DNA from: Macrostomum lignano
Lineage: Eukaryota
Assembly: GCA_002269645.1 (NCBI GenBank)
Contig: NIVC01000112.1
Coordinates: 1 to 64,000, forward strand
Direction of reading: 5' to 3'
Length of the DNA: 64,000 nucleotides
Positions 1 through 11,100 of the stretch are shown here, one piece after another. The notes under the pieces are model-generated. The model had not been told where the DNA came from, did not search any database, and saw nothing but the letters and a program-made list of their open reading frames with translations. Numbering within the stretch: the stretch's first letter is position 1; each line of letters opens with the position of its first letter. Made by a program: the position numbers and the translations under genes.

Positions 1-255
1 AACCCTATGAGAAATCGCCCTAAAACCCTATGAGAAATCGCCCTAAAACCCTATGAGAAATCGCCCTAAAAACCCTATGAGAAATCGCCCTAAAACCCTA
101 TGAGAATTCGCCCTAAAACCCTATAAGAAATCGCCCTAAAACCCTATGAGAAATCGCCCTAAAACCCTATGAGAAAATCGCCCTAAAACCTTATAAGAAA
201 TCGCCCTAAAAACCCTAAAAGAAATCGCCCTAAAACCCTATAAGAAAGAGCCTTA
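1..255. repeat. Intronic minisatellite, ~23-24 bp unit (AAAACCCTATGAGAAATCGCCCT), ~10 copies
   Basis: Tandem units directly visible; lies upstream of the splice acceptor at 321-324. Confidence 0.9.
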
Positions 256-324
256 AAATATTGACAAGAGAGATATGCTTGATAGGAATCCAATAATACC
301 AAGTCTCCGCCTAACTCTATCCAG

Positions 325-2663
325 GTATTCGTGCCAGACGTGCACCCGGACTACAAGCCCCGCCAAATGCACAGCAACTTGCACAGGCCACAGCATGATC
401 ATTCCCGCGCCAAATCGATACGAAGATTACCAGACTGTTCTGACCAATGCGCTGTCGTTTGCCTCCACTCCACCGGAGCTCGGGTCACCGACGTGCAGAG
501 CTTCAACATCACCACCTGCGGTTGGTGCTCTATGTACTTGTTCTGTCTCTACTCTCTTGCCTTGCCCATCTCCCTCTCCGATCTCCCAACCCCCCTATCC
601 CGTCTCCCCTCCCATCTCCCTCTCCCGTCTCCATCTCCCCTATCCCGTCTCCCTTCTTCCAATTCCCATCTCCTATCTCCCCTCTCCGATCTCCGATCTC
701 CCCTCTCCGATCTCCCATCTCCCCTCTCCCGTCTCCCCTCCCATCTCCCCTCTCCCGTCTCCCATCTCCCCTTCCCGTCCCATCTCCCCTCTCCCGTCTC
801 CCATCTCCCTCTCCCGTCTCCCATCTCCTCTCCCGTCTCCCATCTCCCCTATCCCGTCTCCCCTCTTTCACTTCCCATCTCCCATCTCCCTCTCCGTCTC
901 CCCTCTTATCTCTCCTCGTCTCTCCTTCCCCCTATCCTACGAGTAGTTTCCATCTCCTATAATCTCTATCATTCCTATCCTTTATCTGGCCTGCTTTTCC
1001 TGTCTCCCACGTCTCCCACGTGTGCTTACCTAGCAAAAGTGTCCATACCCATACCGATACACCCGCAGACTTCCTAATGAGCCCGGTGCAAATCGCTCTG
1101 CGCAGTCAACGCGAGGCGGACGATCAGCAGCAGCTGGGGCCCAGCAACATGAACAAACTGCTGCAACTTGACGGCAACATGTCTTATGAGTTCCTGCCGG
1201 CTGGCGTGCCCTTCAGGGAGCACACCTGCATCCGGTGAGGAGAGCTGTGCTCAGGGGAAATGTGTACAGAGAGGTGTACCGGTACAGAGATGTTTACAGA
1301 AGGATGTGTACAGATGTGTGTACGGATAGATATGCACAGATATTTGTTCAGAGGCGTGTACAGATGGGTGTGTACAGATATTTGTTCAGAGGCGTGTACA
1401 GATGGATGTGTACAGATATTTGTTCAGAGGCGTGTACAGATGGATGTGTACAGATGGGTGTGTACAGATGGATGTGTACAGATGGTGTGTACAGATGGTG
1501 TGTACATATGGATGTGTACAGATGGATGTTTACAGATGGGTGTTACAGATGGATGTGTACAGATGGGTGTGTACAGATGGATGTGTACAGATATTTCTTC
1601 AGAAACGTGTACAGATGGATGTGTACAGATGGATGTGTACAAATGGATGTGTACAGATGGATGTGTACAGATGGGTGTGTACAGATGGATGTGTACAGAT
1701 GGGTGTGTACAGATGGATGTGTACAGATGGGTGTGTACAGATGGATGTGTACAGATGGGTGTGTACAGATGGGTGTGTACAGATGGGTGTGTACAGATGG
1801 GTGTGTACAGATGGATGTGTACAGATAGGTGTACAGATGGGTGTGTACAGATGGGTGTGTACAGATGGGTGTGTACAGATGGGTGTGTACAGATGGGTGT
1901 GTACAGATGGATGTGTACAGATGGGTGTGTACAGATGGGTGTGTACAGATGGATGTGTACAGATGGATGTGTACAGATGGGTGTGTACAGATGGGTGTGT
2001 ACAGATGGATGTGTACAGAGTTTTTTTCAGAGGTGTGTACAGATGGATGTGTACAGAGGTTTGTTCAGAGGTGTGTACAAAGATTGTACACAGGGAGTGT
2101 GTTCAAAAGAAGTGTGTACAGAAGTGATAGATCTGAAATCAAGCGAAATCCCTCATTAATTCCCCACCCAGGTGGCCTACGTGAAGTCGCCTCTCACAGC
2201 CGGGCTGCAGACAGGCCTGCCCACAAACTCGGGCCTGGTGACCTCGAAGCTGTTTGTGCCCGACCGGATCTCGGTGAAGAGTTTCGAACCGCTGAACAGA
2301 TTCATGCAGCGACTGCTTGATGGCGCGCCAAGGCCAGTGAGTGGCTCCAGTGTTTACGTGCGCTCTGATTCCTCAATCTGGGACAACTAGAATCCTCATA
2401 AATTAGAGTCCCCACAAACTACATTGCTCATAAACTAGAGTCCTCTTAAACAAGATTTCTCATAAACTACTTTGAAACTTGCTCTTGCTTTCAGACTGTA
2501 GAGTTCTCACTGCCGAGACATTCAACATGTACGTGGACCCGACTGCTGCGTCCATTAATACAGAGCTCACCTACAGGCCTGAGCTGGCTTACAACGGACG
2601 ATACCGACTCACCGTTGTCAGGTGCGTTCAATACTGTGTTCACAGTTCACTGTTTGAGCTCTC

Positions 2664-2755
<92 letters not shown>

Positions 2756-2814
2756 GGCATTAAGACAGACACACACACAGACAGATAGACAGACAGATAG
2801 ACAGACAGACAGAC

Positions 2815-2851
<37 letters not shown>

Positions 2852-2878
2852 GGCATTAAGACAGACAGACACACAGAC

Positions 2879-2923
<45 letters not shown>

Positions 2924-2950
2924 GGCATTAAGACAGACAGACACACAGAC

Positions 2951-2989
<39 letters not shown>

Positions 2990-3006
2990 TAGACCGACAG
3001 ACACAC

Positions 3007-3043
<37 letters not shown>

Positions 3044-3252
3044 TAGACAAACAGACAGACAGACAGACAGACATTAAGACAGACAAACAGACAGACAGAC
3101 GGACAGCCGCCCGGCACTGCACCCGCAGGATGCTGTTCGATGGCCCGAGCTTCGACCTGCCGCCGAGTTTCTCTTACATTCCGCAGAAGCAGCCGCCTGC
3201 AGGCGGTGCCGCTCAGCCCAGCAACTCCTGCTGCTCCTGCCAGCTGCTGTAG
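325..3252 (+). CDS. 3' part of a multi-exon gene of unknown function, C-terminus ...PSNSCCSCQLL* (CaaX)
   Basis: GC-rich exons with AG/GT boundaries at 325-520, 1069-1234, 2172-2336, 2495(or 2502)-2621 and 3129-3252 (TAG). Exons 1-2 and 4-5 join in phase; exon 3 does not join cleanly. No family recognised. Confidence 0.6.
545..960. repeat. Intronic CT-rich low-complexity repeat (CTCCCATCTCCCCT/CTCCCGT)
   Basis: Directly visible between exons 325-520 and 1069-1234. Confidence 0.85.
1260..2125. repeat. Intronic minisatellite, 14 bp unit GTGTACAGATGG(A/G)T
   Basis: Tandem units visible; explains the repetitive ORFs at 1235-2320. Confidence 0.92.
2665..3105. repeat. (ACAG)n microsatellite in the last intron of the first gene
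   Basis: Directly visible, with occasional GGCATTAAG interruptions. Confidence 0.95.
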
Positions 3253-3865
3253 GCGAGACTACTGTGATGCTACTGACAAGTAGTCTTGTTCGCCGGATAA
3301 AATACCAATGACTATTTTCTTTAACAATTTTAACATGTACTTTTTGCACAAAACCGCGTTAAATTTTACTATTTATCTTTTTGCAGTAGTCCTGTGATCG
3401 ATCCTGTTTTACTATGATTTGTCTAATCTCTAGTCACCAGATTTTCTGCTTTTATTTCACCTTTTTATTTTGCCTTTGGCCTTTTATTAATATCCGTCCA
3501 GATTCTCTAAGTGCAATTTTTCTGCTGAATAAAGCCTTTTTTCTTTGGCATTATGCCAGCTAAAAATATTGATTGTTGTTGCCAACAGCGTACAAATGAA
3601 GGTCAAAACAATAGTGATACATAAATTTCATTTGTTTACATTTGAAAGAAAAAATAAATAAATAAAGATACTCTTTGTCATATTGTTAAGCAATTCTATA
3701 TCGAAAAAAAAACTTGTTTTATGTGTTTATATTATTAGTCCGAATTTCTTAGCTTGGTATATAGCGCATGAAAGATGGTCTTAGTGAGTGTGAAATATTT
3801 GGAATACGAAATGTACATTGAATGTACTGGCATGTGAATTCTATGCATGTTTTGCATTTGCAATT

Positions 3866-4110
3866 GGAATCTCGGCTTGGCTCTGCTCGTGCAATTAACG
3901 CCCTTGAAGGCCAACCCCCACCCCAAGGCACAGTGAAGTGTACATGCTAACGATAAATAAAGCTAGGACCGCTGTGCACTCCTGTATGAGGGTTTGCCTG
4001 TGCGTATGACTGCGTACGCATCCGCGGGAGTCGGCGGAATGGGCAATAATGCCTCTCACCAGTTGTGAGACAATGTCGCTTATGGGTGCACACAGCCCCT
4101 GCCTTTTTGG
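3866..4110 (+). mobile_element. Dispersed repeat, diverged copy of the SINE-like element at 5140-5400
   Basis: Shares GGAATCTCGGCTTGGCTCTGCTCGTGCAATTAACG...GGCACAGTGAAGTGTACATG...TAAATAAAG...AATGCCTCTC...GGGTGCACAC with 5232-5400. Confidence 0.6.
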
Positions 4111-4940
4111 TCTTCTTCTGTTGGTTAGTTTGGCCATAGACAACAACTCGAAAAAGAGGAGGGTGATAATAATGTGTTGTTAGGTAGGCTTTTTACCATA
4201 GACATTTCCCGCTGCTAGCGGGGGTGCAGAGGCAGAGCGTCGCTTAGAAGTGAGGGCCGAAGCCCCATATTCTAACCATAGAGTAAATATGCACCCTGTG
4301 ACCCCTAATAGACATTTAGGAACCCGTTTCAGAAGAAAAATGTTTGTGACCAATCATTGCCTATCATTAGAAACAAAATTTCCGAACTTACATCCGGGTT
4401 GTGTTAGGTGATGGCGTACCTTGTGGAGTTTCATCAAACACCGGTCTAACTGGGGAGCGGACCGTGAATTCGACTATTGGCTACAAGAAAGTGACACATT
4501 TTTGTTTTTGCTATTCTATCAATAAACCTGTTGTCCATGGTCCAATATGCTTGAATAAAGTTGACCACCTTCCCTAATGGACTTTTAAACAAGGGCCACT
4601 GCTAGAAGAGCAAGTCTAAACTACAACATTGTAGCACTCGTACAAACCATAGCTTCAAGTGGGACTTCACTGTGAACATGAGGAAAGATTTGGAACTGTT
4701 TTGTTTAGGAAGTCTAATTAGGTGAGTAAAATCGGATTACAGTATATAAAAATAGAGAAAACAATCAGTCATACGAGTATGTTTTATTGAGATGCTGTTG
4801 GAAAATGTTTGCTCAATTAAAATCAATTGAATTTGCTTTATCGGCAGGCAACTCTGGGGTAAGCAAAGTACAGACTGTAAGTTACCAATAATGTAATATC
4901 TTGTGATAGTCAATCAGTTACGACACCTTTCGGGAACTTT

Positions 4941-6210
4941 TTAACGCAACTTCTGATGATGCGAACTAACGTAGAGCATGAGCTTCTCCAGACTGTCGAA
5001 TGTCATCTCTGGATTGCGTCTGACTGTGAAGGTCTCCTGGAAATGGAATTGCTTTCTTATTGCTTTTAAGACTTGATTGCACCATAAGAGCCAACCCCCC
5101 CCCCCCAGGAAAGTCAGCTGCTGTACATCCTTCCTGAGCTTAATGGGGGCCGGTGGTCAAGCGCGGGGCTCTGATGTCCAAGCAAGCTCAGTCTCGATTC
5201 CAGGTGAAGTCAAATTATTTTGGGGCTAAATCGGAATCTCGGCTTGGCTCTGCTCGTGCAATTAACGGCCTTGAGGCCCGGCCCCCATGGCACAGTGAAG
5301 TGTACATGTCTAATGATAAATAAAGTGGGGCCCTCCTGTGTGAGTGTGTGCCTGCTCAGTAATGCCTCTCGCCGGGGTGCACACCTAGCCCCTGCTTCAA
5401 ACTAATAAAAACGCATGCAATCAACAATTGGCTTACATCGAAGCAGCGATATTCGCTGGATTTGACATCGATCGGGCCCTTGTACTGGTAGCTGTTGGAC
5501 AGCTTCACCTGCAGGATTGGCACGGGCTCCAGCGACAGGTCGGTGCTGCTCTCGTTCTGCACGGTGACGGGTCCGAGTTTCTTGGTCTCGATGAGTACGC
5601 TGCCTCCGCGGGTCCCGCAGCCCGGGAGCTCTTCGGTCTCCTCCTCGATCTGCTGGCCCAGGTAGCGCTTGATGTTCCGCTCAACTTGTCTGGAGGGGGA
5701 AATCGGAAATTTCCGGATTGCTTTTTCTAATCCGGTTGATTAGGAGTAGTAGGAAATGGTACGGTCTGGTGCACGTTGCTGATTAGCTGGCCAATCAGCG
5801 ATGGGGAGGCCCTGGAGGCGGGGTGTGTTGACCAACGAAATCATGCTCGGACCACCAGGACTCTCGACCAATCGAATTCCTTCCTCACATACCCCTCAAC
5901 TCGGAAATTCCGAGGAAATCGGTGCCCTTCTAAATGCTTTCTCGACCAATAGAATCTCTTGCCCCACAATACCCAGCTAATCGGAAATTCCAAGCAATCG
6001 GACCCTCTAAGGGAGCGACCCCACTCCTCGGCCTGTCCCACCCCGCCTCCGAGGCCTCCCCCTCGCTGATTGGCGGGTAGATTCGGGTAGATTACCTCTG
6101 TCTGTCTGTCTTAGTGTCTGTCTATCTGTCTGTCTTAGTGTCTGTCTGTCTGTCTTAGTGTCTGTCTGTCTGTCTGTCTTAGTGTCTGTCTGTCTGCCTG
6201 TCTGTCTTTG

Positions 6211-6255
<45 letters not shown>

Positions 6256-7564
6256 TTCTGTGTGTCTGTCTGTCACTTTTACCTCGATTCTGTCCTAGTG
6301 TTAAAATATTATAAACTTATTGACTCGATCTAAAATCTTGAGCATCTCCAACCGTCAGGATGTACATGTACTTGATGACTCACTCGGACAGCTGACAGGG
6401 GGTCGTCAGGCGGAGACCCATGCGTCTCTGGCTGTTATTCAGTGTCAGCTCCAGTTCATGCTGGTGATAGTGGACCAGCAGCTCCTCCAGTGAAGAGAAT
6501 TTCACGAGTGGCTCGGCCCAAATCTTGCCCTGCAATTATTTCAGTTGGCTCTATAAGGCTATCTTATTCACGGCATGAAGCAACTCTAGGGTAACCAGGT
6601 CTCACCAACTCTCATTGTCACTCTAAAATCATTCTGGCACTCTCATTGTCACTCTCACTATCATTCTGTCACTCTCTTTGTCACTCTCACTATCATTCTG
6701 TCACTCTCTTTGTCACTCTCACTATCATTCTGTCACTCTCTTTGTCACTCTCTTTGTCACTCTCACTATCATTCTGTCACTCTCTTTGTCACTCTCTTTG
6801 TCACTCTCACTATCATTCTGTCACTCTCTTTGTCACTCACAGCCGAGCGCTCCAGGGGCAGCTTAACGAGCTGGCCATTGTGAGAGGCGTACAGGAACAG
6901 GCGATTGGTCGCTGCGTCGCTCACGGCGGCAAATGTGCCGCTCGGCGCGCCTCCAAACAGCCTGCGAAATTTGCGGGTTTTGATCTTTCAGCGCTTATCG
7001 GTGCTGGGCAGATTAAATGATTTATGCTAATGGAATTTTGAAACTTACTTTTGACACAGGACCCGGTCGCCCAGGGTCCAAGCTGCAGCACAGTGAAAAC
7101 TGATGGCTCTGCAGTGATGAAATTAAGGCTTGCAAGTCTGTGTCTGTCTGTGTGTCTGTCTGCCTGTCTGTCTGTCTCCCTGTCTGCCTGTCTCTCTGTC
7201 TGTCTGTGTGTCTGCCTGTCTGTCTGTCTGTCTGCCTGTCTGTCTGTCTGTCTGTCTGTCTGTCTTTCTGTGTGTCTGCCTGTCTGCCTGTCTGCCTGTC
7301 TGCCTGTCTGTCTGTGTGTCTGTCTGCCTGTCTGCCTGTCTGCCTGTCTGTCTGTCTCCCTGTCTGCCTGTCTGTCTGTCTGTCTGTGTGTCTGTCTCCC
7401 TGTCTGCCTGTCTGCCTGTCTGCCTGTCTGTCTGTGTGTCTGTCTGCCTGTCTGCCTGTCTGCCTGTCTGCCTGTCTGCCTGTCTCCCTGTCTCCCTGTC
7501 TGCCTGTCTGCCTGTCTCCCTGTCTGCCTGTCTGTCTGTCTGTCTGCCTGTCTGTCTGTCTGCC

Positions 7565-7601
<37 letters not shown>

Positions 7602-7620
7602 GCCTGTCTGCCTGTCTGCC

Positions 7621-7653
<33 letters not shown>

Positions 7654-7676
7654 GCCTGTCTGTCTGCCTGTCTGCC

Positions 7677-7721
<45 letters not shown>

Positions 7722-7740
7722 GCCTGTCTGCCTGTCTGCC

Positions 7741-7773
<33 letters not shown>

Positions 7774-7776
7774 GCC

Positions 7777-7809
<33 letters not shown>

Positions 7810-7828
7810 GCCTGTCTGCCTGTCTGCC

Positions 7829-7861
<33 letters not shown>

Positions 7862-7884
7862 GCCTGTCTGTCTGCCTGTCTGCC

Positions 7885-7929
<45 letters not shown>

Positions 7930-7948
7930 GCCTGTCTGCCTGTCTGCC

Positions 7949-7981
<33 letters not shown>

Positions 7982-7992
7982 GCCTGCCTGCC

Positions 7993-8030
<38 letters not shown>

Positions 8031-8064
8031 CCTGTCTGCCTGCCTGTCTGTCTGTCTGCCTGTG

Positions 8065-8109
<45 letters not shown>

Positions 8110-11100
8110 GCCTGTCTGTCTGTCTGTCTGTCTGTCTGCCTGTGTGTCTGTCTGTCTGTCCGTCTGTCTGTTTCTCCGCCCTTCCATCTTCTCACTCATC
8201 GCCGTCAAGCGGTCTAAGGAGCCGGACCCCGGTCTCTGGATTGGAATCGCTAACGGGCAGGTCAAAGATGTGGTGGTGGTACAGCAGCTGGCTCATGCTG
8301 TGGTGGCGCTCCTCCGATGGCAGCACCTTGAACCCGCCGCTCTGCTCGCACACCTGATAGGTGGCCACCCGTCTGCCAGTCTGCACGAGCAGCAGAAACA
8401 GTTTAAGCGGCTTGCTGGATGTGAAACCAACAACGCAGAAAGTGCCGCGCGGGTTTGGTAGAGCTTCCTGTTGGGAAATTTGAGGGTCGTTTTAGTATCT
8501 CGGGCTCTCTAGAGTAACTGTTGAGGGCACCTGGGTGTCCTGGATGTCTATACGTCTCACATGACCTGTTTTTAGGTCAGTTCCGTAATCCCAGACACAG
8601 CCAATGAGACACAGCCACCAATGAGACACAGCCAATCAGACACAGCCAATCAGACACAGCCAATTAGACACCGCCAATCAGACACAGCCAATCAGACACA
8701 ACCAATTAGACACCGCCAATCAGACACAGCCAATCAGACACAGCCAATTAGACACAGCCAATCAGACACAGCCAATCAGACACAGCTACCAATCAGACAC
8801 AGCCAATTAGACACCGCCAATCAGACACAGCCAATCAGACACAGCCAATTAGACACCGCCAATCAGACACAGCCAATCAGACACAGCTACCAATCAGACA
8901 CAGCCAATCAGACACAGCTAATTAGACACCGCCAATCAGACACAGCCAATCAGACACAGCTACTAATCAGACACAGCCAATCAGACTCACACAGTAGCTT
9001 CAGCCGCTTGTCCAGCCGGGTTCTGATAGGCCTGATAGAAATATCTCACTGACGCGTCGATCGGCTGGTAGCTGGTCACCATTTTCTCCAGCCCGCCAGC
9101 GGCAGAAGCAGAAGCAAAACCAGAGGCAGCTGTAGCGGCAGCAGGCAATCGAGGCTTCGGTGGCAGCGGCTGCTGCGGTCGTGAAGGTCTCGAGTCATTG
9201 TTCGAAGTCATCCAGGCCTTTGCAGCAGGTGGGTCGGTGGCATCTGGAATTTCGTAGTGGTCCTCGTCGGCATGGCCGGTCGCCAGTTCAGCCGACGGTT
9301 GTGGAGACTCCGTTGCCTCATCGTAGACCTCTTCCACCTGCGATTCAGACTGCCTGTTGGCTAAGGCTGCCGTCATTCCAGAATCCATGGCGTCATCGTA
9401 GATCGCCTCATCGGCCGGCGTTTCAAAACTCGGCTGCGGATCGTCCGGAATCTGCCTGGGTAGCGTGCCGAACGACTCTTCGTAGGAGTTCGGTTTGGAC
9501 TTTTTGAGGCCGAGGTTGGCGAACGGGAACTTCTGATGGTATTGGGGGGGGGGGGTTGCAGTTCCGTGAGGGCCGCATGCGACACAAGCGGCTTTTCCAG
9601 CTCAGCATCAGAAGGGATGGGTTTGATGAGGATCAGGTGATAAGAGATAGGGTGTAGCAGGTGATGCTGAGGATATGTGGATGGAGCAGGTGATGCTGGG
9701 GAACTGTGGATGCAGCAGGTGATGCTAAGGATCTGTGGATGCAGCAGGTGATGCTGAGGATCTGTGGATGGAGCAGGTGATGCTGGGGAACTGTGAATGC
9801 AGCAGGTGATGCTGAGGATCTGTGGATGGAGCAGGTGATGCTGGGGAACTGTGGATGCAGCAGGTGATGCTGAGGATCTGTGGATGCAGCAGGTGATGCT
9901 GAGGATCTGTGGATGGAGCAGGTGATGCTGGGGAACTGTGGATGCAGCAGGTGATGCTGAGGATCTGTGGATGCAGCAGGTGATGCTGAGGATCTGTGGA
10001 TGGAGCAGGTGATGCTGGGGAACTGTGGATGCAGCAGGTGATGCTGAGGATCTGTGGATGCAGCAGGTGATGCTGAGGATCTGTGGATGGAGCAGGTGAT
10101 GCTGGGGATCTGTGGATAGAGCAGGTGATGCTGGGGATTTGTGCATGGAGCAGATGATGCTGGGGATCTGTGGATGGAGCAGGTGATGTTGAGGATCTGT
10201 GGATGGAACAGGTGATGCTGGGGATCTGTGGACAAAGGAGAAGATTCTGGAAGGAGATCAGGTCGAGTCTCTACCTACAAAATCCCTGCAAATAATTTCA
10301 AACCTTCGGCGTTCGCCTCGGCAGCGGAATGTCGTGCATGCTGTCCAAGTTTGTCCCGTCCGCGCTGTCGCTTTCTCCAGAGAAGGCTCCGTTGTCTTGG
10401 GCAATGGAGTTTTCGCCAGCTTCTGCTGCTTCAAGAGCGTCGGCTTTGGCCTGCGAGCGCAGCGCGATCATCAACCTGCGGTAGGCCAGCAGACCTTCTT
10501 CGCGTCGACGCCTTGCCAGCTCGTCAAGCTCGGCGGACTTGCCCTCCCGGCCTCCGACGCTGTTCTTCAGGGGCCGCTCCCAGCTGTACGCGTCCGTCCA
10601 GCCGAGCTCAAGCTCGCCGCTGGACTCGGGCCGACACACCGTGGCGTCCGTGCGAGCTCGCAGCCGGCAAAACAGCATGCCCTTCGGCCTGTGGTGTCGC
10701 TTCTCCATCGAGTCGAAGCTGTGGTTGGTTGGTTAGTTTTTCGGTTCGCGGTAAACATCGTGAAATTGCCTGCTCCATGCACAGCTCCCCAGCATCACCT
10801 GCTCCATGCACAGCTCCCCAGCATCACCTGCTCCATGCACAAATCCTCAGCATCACCTGCTCTATCCACAGATCCCCAGCATCACCTGCTCTATCCGCAG
10901 ATCCCCAGCATCACCTGCTCCATGCACAAATCCTCAGCATCACCTGCTCCATGCACAAATCCTCAGCATCATCTGCTCTATCCGCAGATCCCCAGCATCA
11001 CCTGCTCTATCCACAGATCCCCAGCATCACCTGCTCTATCCGCAGATCCCCAGCATCACCTGCTCCATGCACAAATCCTCAGCATCACCTGCTCCATGCA

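Noticed and set aside
1-255. Telomere or CRISPR array (CCCTAA-containing repeat at the window start)
   Set aside because: The unit is 23-24 bp rather than TTAGGG, has no unique spacers, and lies in an intron just upstream of a splice acceptor.
1235-3122. Repetitive ORFs (VCTDGCVQM, SVCL)
   Set aside because: They are translations of intronic mini- and microsatellites.
6381-6384. TGA as the end of the SH2 gene
   Set aside because: The TGA is part of a GTGAGT donor whose phase matches the next exon (5689), so the gene most likely continues. An alternative short isoform cannot be excluded.
6921-8461. Five ORFs of 380-443 aa (RQTD/SVCL repeats)
   Set aside because: They are translations of a stop-free tetranucleotide microsatellite; only the short embedded exons are supported.
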